Source: Candidatus Omnitrophota bacterium (GTDB taxonomy: Bacteria; Omnitrophota; Omnitrophia; Omnitrophales; Aquincolibacteriaceae). Taken from it: a stretch of 64,000 bases of DNA. The notes under the pieces were generated by a model that did not search any database, had not been told where the DNA came from, and was given only the letters and a program-made list of their open reading frames with translations. Position 1 is the stretch's first letter; the number at the start of each line of letters is the position of its first letter. This document shows positions 38,607 through 46,593 of this stretch, piece by piece. The position numbers were made by a program, and so were the translations under genes. Location of the stretch: contig DAOPYQ010000003.1 in the NCBI GenBank assembly GCA_035352955.1, positions 208,206 to 272,205 of the forward strand. Direction: 5' to 3'.

Positions 38607-39050
38607 CGGATTGCCGTCCTCCCTTTAAATTAAGACTGGGATATTTGATTAGCAAACAAGCCTAGAATAAACTTATTTTAAAGTCTTATAAACCTCACTA
38701 TGAATATACACAATCAACTTACATTTGTCAAATAAGTATTAATTTTTTTTAAGGCCATAAGTCATTGAAAATAAATGATTTATGAAAATAGAGAAATTTG
38801 ACCTTTTAAATTTTTTAGACTCCCTATTACTCCTTATAGCAATGTAAAACAATTGACTTTAGATATTTTTTCGTCTATTCGATTTGGAATTGAAACATAT
38901 CATACTACTTTGATAAAGTTTTAGAAAATAAATTTGTTTTAATAGACTACCTCACCCCGCGGTTATTTTGACGATCGAAGAAAGACAAGCTTCAAGAAAA
39001 ATCCGTCAAGGAAAGATTTCAACGCATCGAAGCAAACAAAACGTCCTGCA
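38607..39050 (-). promoter_or_regulatory. AT-rich leader and putative promoter region of the giant gene
   Basis: Seen in sequence: about 400 bp that is conspicuously AT-rich against GC-rich surroundings. It contains no supportable ORF and ends at the giant-gene ATG. A candidate minus-strand -10 box TAAAAT (plus 38675-38680) sits about 70 nt upstream of the ATG. No convincing -35 box was found. The promoter assignment is an inference. Confidence 0.4.
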
Positions 39051-39051
39051 G

Positions 39052-39117
39052 AAAAAAAAAAAAAAAAAAAAATACCCGACAGCGAAAGACATCGGGTATT
39101 TTGGGTGGACCTGCCCT
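39052..39117 (-). terminator. Rho-independent terminator on the minus strand. Hairpin acccgaca...tgtcgggt followed by T21 (= plus-strand A21 at 39052-39072). Copy 1 of a duplicated 45-bp element (39073-39117)
   Basis: Seen in sequence: read on the minus strand the element is agggcaggtccacccaaaatacccgatgtctttcgctgtcgggta followed by 21 T. Stem is acccga/tcgggt with a 12-nt loop. Confidence 0.6.
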
Positions 39118-39273
39118 TTCCATTTCACTCCAAGGGCGATACAAAACATCGAGGGGAATCGGCTCCTTCGCTTGTCTCATAAAACAAGTCAAGCTGCGGT
39201 AGTCCACCCGCCCTTGAAACATGAAATCCCGTCATGTTTCAGACCAGGGCTTCTTTCAATCCCCCTTCAACTT

Positions 39274-39327
39274 AAACAAAAATACCCGACAGCGAAAGCT
39301 ATCGGGTATTTTGGGTGGACCTGCCCT
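39274..39327 (-). terminator. Rho-independent terminator on the minus strand immediately downstream of tRNA-Ala. Copy 2 of the 45-bp element (39283-39327, 2 mismatches to copy 1), followed on the minus strand by TTTTTGTTT
   Basis: Seen in sequence: tacccgacagcgaaagctatcgggtattttgggtggacctgccct on plus. On minus this reads as a hairpin plus a U-rich tract about 40 nt after the tRNA 3' end. Confidence 0.55.
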
Positions 39328-39366
39328 GAAGGGCTGGCCCAATAACCATTAATTTTTAAAAAAAAT

Positions 39367-39439
39367 TGGACCTGAGGGGAATCGAACCCCTGGCCTCCGC
39401 AATGCGAATGCGGCGCTCTCCCAGCTGAGCTACAGGCCC
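39367..39439 (-). tRNA. tRNA-Ala, anticodon CGC
   Basis: Seen in sequence: the rc is GGGCCTGTAGCTCAGCTGGGAGAGCGCCGCATTCGCATTGCGGAGGCCAGGGGTTCGATTCCCCTCAGGTCCA. It folds as a cloverleaf with a G3:U70 pair in the acceptor stem (the alanine identity element) and an anticodon loop TTCGCAT. It has GTTCGATTC in the T-arm and a discriminator A. CCA is not encoded. Confidence 0.9.
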
Positions 39440-39555
39440 TTGTCTCATTCTACTTTATCAAAGATTACAAGGACCAGTCCAATTAACCCTTCCTTCTCGA
39501 TGGAGAATTGGACAGGCCCACAACAACAGAGAAATTCAGTTGCAGCAGGGCGTTA

Positions 39556-40389
39556 TTATACACAATCTTCGATAATTGTCTTCAAAACATTGAAAACCTT
39601 TTCCTGCCCGATCTCGCGGAAGATCTCGTGATAAAAGCCGTCGAACTCCACCAGCTCTTTTTTCGTGGCCCGGACCTTTTCAAAAAAGCGCCGCGCCGCC
39701 CGCGGATCAACGATCCGCTCGTCCCCCGCAAGGAGGACGTAACACGGGAACGGAAATGCCGGTGCGAGCTTGCGGATCGCGCGCATCCGCTCCATGAGAA
39801 GGCCGATCAGCCGCGCCGATATCTTTCTCTCAATCAAAGGATCCGCCCGGTAAGCAGCCACCTCCGCGGCATCATGGGTCAAATGCTTCGGAATGACCGG
39901 ATTGCGGTAAATGAACCCCGGACAAAAAAAACTGACGGCCCGGTTGATCAGCCCCAGGGCCGACAGACCTCTCAACCCAAGGAACGGCGAAGTCAAGATC
40001 AGCGCCTTAAGAGAAGACGGATTCCGGATCGCCCATTCAACGGCAAGAAGACCTCCGAGGCTGTGCCCCAAAAGAACCACGGGACCCTGAACACGAAAAT
40101 GCTGGCTTAAATGCTCCCTGAAAGCCGTAATGTCCCGCAAATAATCCTCAAAAGACCCGACGGTCACACGCGCCCCGCCCGAACGCCCCATCCCCCGGTG
40201 ATCCATGATCGCCATCCGGACTGGGAAACCCGATATGCTTTCGCTGAATTTCACATACCGTCCGGAATGCTCCCCGAATCCATGAAGAAGGATTATGGTC
40301 CCGCGAGCCCCGGCAGGGTCCCAGATCCGGAAGAAGATCTTTTCCTTGTCCCAGCTTTCAAAGCACCCCTCGATCCAAGACCCGCTCAT
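39556..40389 (-). CDS. Alpha/beta hydrolase, monoacylglycerol lipase or lysophospholipase-like
   Basis: Translation contains HGFGEHSGRY (MGL-family oxyanion region) and a GHSLGG nucleophile elbow. Length is 277 aa. The family assignment rests on established knowledge of these motifs. Confidence 0.8.
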   Translation of the reverse strand: MSGSWIEGCFESWDKEKIFFRIWDPAGARGTIILLHGFGEHSGRYVKFSESISGFPVRMAIMDHRGMGRSGGARVTVGSFEDYLRDITAFREHLSQHFRVQGPVVLLGHSLGGLLAVEWAIRNPSSLKALILTSPFLGLRGLSALGLINRAVSFFCPGFIYRNPVIPKHLTHDAAEVAAYRADPLIERKISARLIGLLMERMRAIRKLAPAFPFPCYVLLAGDERIVDPRAARRFFEKVRATKKELVEFDGFYHEIFREIGQEKVFNVLKTIIEDCV

Positions 40390-40398
40390 CGCATCCCC

Positions 40399-42261
40399 TT
40401 AGACCTTGGAACCTGTCCGCTTGCACCACCGGTGATCGGCATGACGGTAAAGCTCCTCGATCGCCTCATGATATTCTTTCATGACAACGCGCCGCTTGAT
40501 CTTGAGGGTTTGGGTCACCTCACCCGCCGCCTGGGTGAACTCACGGGAAAGAAGCAGGAAAGCCTTCACGGTCTCATATTTTGCGAGACCGTCCATCCGG
40601 ACATCAAGACGCATCCGGACCCACTCGCAGATTTCCGGACGCCTAAGAATCTCTTCATACGGCAGGTTCTGCAGCTTAAGCATGCCGGCCTGAGCCATAA
40701 CCTGAGCTTTGTCAGGAACGATCAGCGCGCACAAATAGGGCCGTTTGTCTCCGATCACAATGACCTGGGCAAAAAGAGCGTCTTCCAAGATGCGAAGTTC
40801 GATGTTCTGGGGCGACACGTTCTTTCCGCCGGCGGTGACAATGATGTCTTTTTTCCGGTCGGTGATACGGAGGAATCCTTCCGCATCGAAACTCCCGATA
40901 TCCCCGGTATGGAACCAGCCGTCCCGGATAGAAGCCGCCGTAGCATCAGGCTGATTGTAATACCCCTTCATAACACACGGACCGGACGTAAGGATCTCCC
41001 CGTCTTCGGCGATCTTCACCCGGATTCCCGCGATGGGCTTGCCGACCGTGCCGAATCTGCAATCGTTGGGAGCATTCACCGCGATCACCGGAGAGGTTTC
41101 GGTGAGACCGTATCCTTCGAGGATCAGAACGTCCGCGGCAAAAAAGAAACGCGCGATATCTTTGGAAAGCGGCGCGCCACCCGATATAAAAAAACGGATC
41201 TTTCCGCCCATCGCATTCTTCAGCTTATTGAAAACCAGGTATTTGGCCAACCCATTATAGAAAGCGAGCCAACCCGGAACCGAGGTCTTGCGGATCTTCA
41301 TCTGCGCGGTCCGGGTCCCGATCCGCACCGCCCAATGGAATAACGCCTGCCTCCACGGCGGAGATTCCCGGACCTTTTCGAGGATCCTGGCGTGAACCTT
41401 TTCGTAGAACCGCGGCACCGCAGTCACGATCGTCGGCCGGACCTTCCGGATGTCCTCGGTGACCGTTTGCGGGTTTTCGGCGTAAGCGATCGAAACCCCG
41501 TAGGCGAACTGGTAATAGTAGCCGGCCAAGCGTTCGAACACGTGACTAAGCGGAAGAAACGACAAGACAGAGTCCCGGTCGTCGATCTGGATACTTTGCC
41601 AGGACCCCTGATAATTGGCGATAAAATTACGGTGCGTGAGCATCACGCCCTTGGGGGCACCCGTCGTCCCGGACGTGTAGATCAGGGTCGCAAGATCATC
41701 GGCACCCACACTCTCGACACACCGCTCGTAAAGATCGTTCCGATTCAATTCCGTGAGACGCCCTTTTTGACGGAGACCCGCCAACGTCTCCGCACCGGAG
41801 ACCCCTTTCAAAAAAAACAGGATAAGGCCTCCCGCAAGAAGAGACGGCTTAACAGCAAGAACCTTCTGGTAAAGCTCTTCGGAAGAAACGAACAGGACCC
41901 TGAGACCGGAGTGTTCGATGATGTGACGGACATCTTCCGCCGACGAGGTCGGATAGAGCGGAACCGTAACGGCACCGAGACTTAACGCCCCAAGGTCCGC
42001 AAAGGTCCACTCGGGACAATTCTCCGAAAAAATACCGACCGTATCGCCCTTCCGGACCCCAAGGGCGAAAAGGCCCATCGCCGTTTCACGGACGGCCTGA
42101 CGCCACTCCTGCCAGGTGTAGGAGCCGGCATAAACTCCGTCAACCTTGTAGAAAAGGGCTTTTTTTTGCCCGAAAAACCGGGCGCGATGGAGAAAAACAC
42201 GGAGCAGATTACCGTTTTCCTCAATATCGTCCGGGGGAAACTCAAGACGTTTGAGGGCCAT
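40399..42261 (-). CDS. Long-chain fatty acid--CoA ligase (AMP-dependent synthetase)
   Basis: Contains the AMP-binding motif IYTSGTTGAPKGV and a TGD...GYGLTE region. Length is 620 aa. Confidence 0.9.
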   Translation of the reverse strand: MALKRLEFPPDDIEENGNLLRVFLHRARFFGQKKALFYKVDGVYAGSYTWQEWRQAVRETAMGLFALGVRKGDTVGIFSENCPEWTFADLGALSLGAVTVPLYPTSSAEDVRHIIEHSGLRVLFVSSEELYQKVLAVKPSLLAGGLILFFLKGVSGAETLAGLRQKGRLTELNRNDLYERCVESVGADDLATLIYTSGTTGAPKGVMLTHRNFIANYQGSWQSIQIDDRDSVLSFLPLSHVFERLAGYYYQFAYGVSIAYAENPQTVTEDIRKVRPTIVTAVPRFYEKVHARILEKVRESPPWRQALFHWAVRIGTRTAQMKIRKTSVPGWLAFYNGLAKYLVFNKLKNAMGGKIRFFISGGAPLSKDIARFFFAADVLILEGYGLTETSPVIAVNAPNDCRFGTVGKPIAGIRVKIAEDGEILTSGPCVMKGYYNQPDATAASIRDGWFHTGDIGSFDAEGFLRITDRKKDIIVTAGGKNVSPQNIELRILEDALFAQVIVIGDKRPYLCALIVPDKAQVMAQAGMLKLQNLPYEEILRRPEICEWVRMRLDVRMDGLAKYETVKAFLLLSREFTQAAGEVTQTLKIKRRVVMKEYHEAIEELYRHADHRWCKRTGSKV

Positions 42262-42272
42262 GGACCCCGATC

Positions 42273-43070
42273 TCAGGCCTGAGCCTTCTTTGTTGCGGAA
42301 GACTCCGGGGAAGTTTGTTCGGCCGCGGCGGATTTATTTTTGATTTCCTGGATCATTTTCTCGTTACGTTGCGTTTCCTCGTGAATGATCCTCAGTTTTT
42401 CCTGGGAAAGAAGGTCCGACTTTTGCGGGGCCGTATTGGGCGATCCTTTTTTTTGGGAAGCTTCGATCGCGTCCAGGATCCGCTGATGAATGCGCGCCTG
42501 TTCCTGGATACGCTGAACCTGTCCCACGCGCCCGGATTGAACGCTCTGGATCTTTTTGTTCAGTTCGAGAACTTTTTGGATCTCCTGACGGATCTGCGGG
42601 ACCTGGACACGCGGCACCGGCGGAGGTACCACATAGGTTGCCTTGACCGGCTTGGGAAGCGGCTTCACGATCTTGGCAATGGGGATCACGGACGCTTGAG
42701 GAACGCCGCCTTTACCCGTTCCCGACCCGGCGGCACTGGAACCGGTCATCTTTTCACCCGTTCCCGCCTTAGTTTTTCCCGAGCCCCGTGCAGCAAACTG
42801 CCGAACGATCTGGCTTCCAACTGATTGAGGAGTCATCGCAGACATCACGGTTTTCCCGCTATCCGCCCGCACCGTTTTCACAGCGGCTTTCACGTCTTTC
42901 TTCACCGCCAAAGCCGCAGTCCCTTTGACGACGCTGGAACTTGGGGTTCCCGCCGAGGACGACGTTTTTTCTTTACCGGCGGTCGTCTGGGAGGAACTTT
43001 TCTGTGGTGCTGAAACCCCCAAGTGAAACGCGGCTGCCACCACCAGAAGAAGGACACTGACCCTGCGCAT
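42273..43070 (-). CDS. Secreted hypothetical protein with signal peptide, Ser/Thr/Gly-rich low-complexity region and C-terminal coiled coil
   Basis: The track ORF is 42273..43127. The likely true start is the internal ATG at 43070 (MRRVSVLLLVVAAAFHLGVSA, a signal-peptide-like N-terminus). No recognisable catalytic motif. Confidence 0.5.
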   Translation of the reverse strand: MRRVSVLLLVVAAAFHLGVSAPQKSSSQTTAGKEKTSSSAGTPSSSVVKGTAALAVKKDVKAAVKTVRADSGKTVMSAMTPQSVGSQIVRQFAARGSGKTKAGTGEKMTGSSAAGSGTGKGGVPQASVIPIAKIVKPLPKPVKATYVVPPPVPRVQVPQIRQEIQKVLELNKKIQSVQSGRVGQVQRIQEQARIHQRILDAIEASQKKGSPNTAPQKSDLLSQEKLRIIHEETQRNEKMIQEIKNKSAAAEQTSPESSATKKAQA

Positions 43071-43219
43071 GATATAACCTTTCAATATTTTACAATGTCG
43101 GAATAGTTCGGCATCCCAAAAAGGCATCGCTATTATAGCTTAAAAGATTATCGTATTAATCAGTTTTTTCTTGACCGGGCTCCTCCCCGCTTCGGAGTGG
43201 AAACTTTCCTCCGGAGGGG

Positions 43220-45289
43220 TTACTCCGCCAAAAGCCGGCGGATCTCGACCATCTGATCGCGAGTCTTCTTCACGCCTTCGTCCACAAACTTATCCTGCGA
43301 GAAGAACTCGATCCAGTGCGCGTCCGCCGCCGCGGCGTGAATGAAAATATCGGCTTCGTTCCCGGCCATGCGGGCAATCTCGAATTCCGTGAACATGATC
43401 GAATTCATCAAGACGTTAAAGATATTGGCGGTATAGCGCCGCTGCAATCGGTCCAGGGTCTTCGTGACCATCTGCCGCCACCGGCCCTGCCGCTGAAACG
43501 ACTCGTGGTAAGACTTTCGGCGAAGCTCGTTGCGTTCGACCAAATCCTTGGGACCCGGCAGAACATTTACGGCGATAATCTTGCGGACCCCCATCCCCGA
43601 CAAGATCTTGACCGGCAACGGGTCCACGATCCCCCCGTCGATCAAGTAACTTCCCTTGTAGGGCACCGGTCGAAAGAACCCCGGAATAGAGATCGTGGAG
43701 CGTAGCGCGTTGACCACGCTCCCGGAATCGAGGACAACCTCTTCGGACGTCAGAAGGTCCGTCGCCGTCATCTTGACCGGAATCCGGAGGTCCTGAAAGG
43801 TTGTGTTCTTCAGATACTGCGAAAGGAACCGGACGATTTGCTCTCCTTTGAAAAAGCCGCGATGAAGCGCCGAAATATCCCGGAGCCCGAGGATCTTGAA
43901 GAACGTGGTCCGTTTATCGAGGGACTTCGCGATATTTTCGATAGCGTGGGAGTCATACCCCGCCGCCCAAAGCGCCCCGATGAGCGCCCCGATGCTCGAC
44001 CCAGCGATCACATCCACCGGGATATTCTCTTCCTCAAGCACCCGCAGGACGCCGATATGGGCAAGCCCGTAAGCGGCCCCGCTTCCGAGGACAAGGCCCA
44101 CAAGCCGCTCGGACCATTCCTTAGCCAGAAACGTCAGAGTCTTTTCGTAACGGTAGCGCTGGGATTGCAACGACGGCAACATCGAAAAAAGCTGGATCTC
44201 CGGCGCCGGTTCCGCCCCGCTGGCGGAGCCCCCTTCATCGGAAGGCATCAGGATCCAGATCTCGTTCCTGCTGAACCCGAAATTCTGGCAAAGTTCCGCG
44301 ACCTTGGTAGAAGCGAGTGAAAAGACCTCCGAGCGTTTGTCCGCCCAAAGATAAATACGGTCCGAATAGTTCAGAGCCTTGACCGCAACAAGCGTATTCT
44401 TCTCCGGAAGGCAGATCACGAGATAATCGTATTCATAGGTCAGGTAGGTTAGAAGCGCCGTGAATTTCTTGTCTTTCTCACTCAGGCCGGCGTTCACAGC
44501 AACGTGCAAGAAATCAAACTGGGATTCCGAAACAAGGATCGCCTGACGGATCGATTCCTCGCTCGACGGATCCATACGCTCGAGATCAAAACCGTGAACA
44601 CTTCCGCGACGAAAATCATCCGGAAGCCGCAACCGTAAGGCTCCCGAAAGGTCCAACAAAAGGACTTTTCTCTGGGTCTCGCGCTTAAGAGCCGCGATAA
44701 AATCAAAAAGAAATCGGGCCATACCTTCCGTAGCCGACCCGTAAAAACCGGCGATGCGGACCTCCCGTCGATGGTGCCGGTATCCCAATTCTTCCCGGGT
44801 CAAATGGCGCCCGAGGGAACGGCTCAGATGAAGCCCCAAGGCCGGGATCTGGTTCAAAAGCTTGTGAAAATCATCGGTTCCGATCCGGAGCGCCGTCGCG
44901 TCCGTTTTTGCCTCAACCGATGCGCTATGAACGTTCCCCGTCAAAAGCGATGTTTCCCCGAAATGCTCTCCTCGGTAGAAATAAAGGAGCGTCGTTTCCT
45001 CGTTACTCACACGGTCACGCGTAAAAAGGCGGAACCTTCCCGAAATGATGATATAAAAAGCGTCAGCCGAAGCACCCTCTTCGTAGACAATGTCCCCGCG
45101 TTTGAAACCTACCAGCCGGGAATGCCGCTCAATGAGAGCCTGCTCTTCGGGGATTAAGGATGTAAAAAGCGGAATCGGGTCAAGGAGGTGTCCCTCTTTC
45201 GATTCCGGCTTGATCTTTCGTCCAAAAGGAAAAAAACTCGCCATGGAATGATTATCGGCAAGAGGCGCGGTTCCCTTACAGGGCGGCAC
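43220..45289 (-). CDS. Cyclic-nucleotide-binding domain protein fused to a patatin-like phospholipase
   Basis: N-terminal cNMP-binding-like segment (FKRGDIVYEEGASADAFYIIISGRFRL, ...GETSLL...). C-terminal patatin hallmarks are GLVLGSGAAYGLAHIGVL (glycine-rich oxyanion loop), GSSIGA (GxSxG nucleophile) and a downstream DGG catalytic Asp. Confidence 0.85.
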   Translation of the reverse strand: MPPCKGTAPLADNHSMASFFPFGRKIKPESKEGHLLDPIPLFTSLIPEEQALIERHSRLVGFKRGDIVYEEGASADAFYIIISGRFRLFTRDRVSNEETTLLYFYRGEHFGETSLLTGNVHSASVEAKTDATALRIGTDDFHKLLNQIPALGLHLSRSLGRHLTREELGYRHHRREVRIAGFYGSATEGMARFLFDFIAALKRETQRKVLLLDLSGALRLRLPDDFRRGSVHGFDLERMDPSSEESIRQAILVSESQFDFLHVAVNAGLSEKDKKFTALLTYLTYEYDYLVICLPEKNTLVAVKALNYSDRIYLWADKRSEVFSLASTKVAELCQNFGFSRNEIWILMPSDEGGSASGAEPAPEIQLFSMLPSLQSQRYRYEKTLTFLAKEWSERLVGLVLGSGAAYGLAHIGVLRVLEEENIPVDVIAGSSIGALIGALWAAGYDSHAIENIAKSLDKRTTFFKILGLRDISALHRGFFKGEQIVRFLSQYLKNTTFQDLRIPVKMTATDLLTSEEVVLDSGSVVNALRSTISIPGFFRPVPYKGSYLIDGGIVDPLPVKILSGMGVRKIIAVNVLPGPKDLVERNELRRKSYHESFQRQGRWRQMVTKTLDRLQRRYTANIFNVLMNSIMFTEFEIARMAGNEADIFIHAAAADAHWIEFFSQDKFVDEGVKKTRDQMVEIRRLLAE

Positions 45290-45424
45290 AGTGCAAGTGC
45301 TCGCCCTGCGGGAAAACCTTTTTAAAACCTGTTGTTTTTGGAAGATGTAAAAACGGTGAGAAAAACCTGCTGAAGGAGGATCAATAAAGTGACCCCTACG
45401 GAAGGACCCGGGGTCCCCCCGTAC

Positions 45425-45814
45425 TTACCACTCTTGGACGCTTTCGGGATCCGCGAAATCGTTGACCTTCATCTCGAGCCAATGATTGTAGGCATAATCC
45501 AGCACGCGGAATTTGTCGACCGGATCCATGTTCACGAGTTTGACCCCCTGATCATAACCCTGGTTCGAACCTTCCGAAGGACGGGACCACATCACCTGTC
45601 CGGAACTGAAGATCGGCTTCGGATCGTCGGGAATGGTGATCTCGAGATCCAACTGCGTTCCTTCTTGCATGGCTTTGTCCGAATTGATCTTCAAACCTTC
45701 GCGGCAAAGATCACGGCTTAGGCCGAGCCCTTTGACTGAGGTGTTATCAATACCCGTGAACTTGACGCTCATGAAGGCGTCAAAGCGCTTGAATTTGCGC
45801 TTTTCTCGTTCCAT
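45425..45814 (-). CDS. PilZ-domain protein (c-di-GMP receptor-like)
   Basis: Contains RKFKR (RxxxR) and DNTSVKG (DxSxxG), the paired PilZ c-di-GMP-binding motifs, near the N-terminus. Length is 129 aa. Confidence 0.7.
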   Translation of the reverse strand: MEREKRKFKRFDAFMSVKFTGIDNTSVKGLGLSRDLCREGLKINSDKAMQEGTQLDLEITIPDDPKPIFSSGQVMWSRPSEGSNQGYDQGVKLVNMDPVDKFRVLDYAYNHWLEMKVNDFADPESVQEW

Positions 45815-46067
45815 CTCATCCTCCTTTTCTTTTTTTCGTTGTCGAAGTTTTTGAAAAAACCTCGAGCGGTGCTTCAGTTTAATATCGGCTTTTGGGAGTT
45901 TTAAATTAGTAATTTCGCCTGTTACGCCGAAAAATTAACACATAACCCCTGCTTTGACAAGGGATAGGGACGCTTTTTTTTGAGAAAAACCCCAGGGGAT
46001 ACGTCCGGCAAAATACCCCCATCTCTAACGTGGCAGAAGAGCAGCTAACCCTTTACATTGCAACGAG

Positions 46068-46571
46068 TTATCGAAAATTAACAAACTGGATCGGAACGGT
46101 AAGAGGAAGGGCCCGGAGGTGTTGGATAACGGCCTGAAGCTCATCCTTGCTTTTGGAGCTGATGCGAACCTCTTCGCCCTGGATGGCCGTCTGGACCTTG
46201 AGATTCATATCCTTGATCGCCTTGACGATCTCTTTGGATTTCTCCTGAGGAAGGCCCTGAACTAGTGAGACCTCCTGACGAAGACACCCGTCAAAAGCCT
46301 TTTCAGGTGTTTTAAAATCGAGGGATTTGACCGAGATCTTTCGGCTGACCATTCTTGTTTTCAGGATATCCTGAAGGTTCCGGAGCTTCATATCATCGTC
46401 AGCGATCAACCGGATCTTTTTTTCTTTTTCGTCTTTCAGGAACTCCACGGAACCTTTGCTACCCTTAAAATCGAAACGCGTCTGGAGTTCTTTCTTGGCC
46501 TGGTTGACGGCGTTGTCGACTTCTTGAAGATCCAACTGGGAGACAACGTCAAAAGAAAATTGTTGCGCCAT
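46068..46571 (-). CDS. yajQ: YajQ / UPF0234 family nucleotide-binding protein
   Basis: The track ORF 46068..46682 has an N-terminal extension overlapping the upstream PilZ gene. The internal ATG at 46571 (MAQQFSFDVVSQLDLQEVDNAVNQAKKELQTRFDF...) matches the canonical YajQ N-terminus (MPSFDIVSEVD-like). A GGAG lies 8 nt upstream. Length is about 167 aa. Confidence 0.75.
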   Translation of the reverse strand: MAQQFSFDVVSQLDLQEVDNAVNQAKKELQTRFDFKGSKGSVEFLKDEKEKKIRLIADDDMKLRNLQDILKTRMVSRKISVKSLDFKTPEKAFDGCLRQEVSLVQGLPQEKSKEIVKAIKDMNLKVQTAIQGEEVRISSKSKDELQAVIQHLRALPLTVPIQFVNFR

Positions 46572-46593
46572 GCGAAGGCTCCGGAAAGATCCG

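Noticed and set aside
210-37298. Long plus-strand ORFs from the track (for example 210..2426 at 738 aa, 20298..22265 at 655 aa, 22395..24128 at 577 aa, 15399..17057 at 552 aa, 12735..14288 at 517 aa and about 20 others)
   Set aside because: Their translations are Arg/Leu/Asp/Phe/His-rich with no recognisable motifs. This is the classic signature of the antisense strand of a GC-rich coding region. They tile the exact span where one minus frame is completely open, so they are shadow ORFs of the giant gene.
39073-39327. Possible CRISPR array suggested by the two 45-bp direct repeats
   Set aside because: There are only two copies with a 165-bp spacer, no cas genes and no array structure. The repeats fold as terminator hairpins followed by T-tracts.
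38968-39345. Plus-strand ORF 38968..39345 (125 aa)
   Set aside because: It reads through the A21 homopolymer as KKKKKKK and through both copies of the 45-bp terminator element as a repeated KYPTAKDIGYFGWTCP. It is an artefact of non-coding repeats.
38607-39439. tRNA-adjacent genomic island or integrated element carrying the giant gene
   Set aside because: No integrase, transposase or duplicated tRNA 3' half (att) is visible. The giant gene's visible composition and codon style resemble the neighbouring housekeeping genes. This remains a possibility only for the AT-rich spacer itself.
45815-46067. TTGACA-like box and T8 run on the plus strand in the 250-bp PilZ/yajQ intergenic region
   Set aside because: There is no plus-strand gene to drive. 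It is more plausibly the minus-strand yajQ terminator and PilZ promoter region. The spacing to any -10 box is poor.
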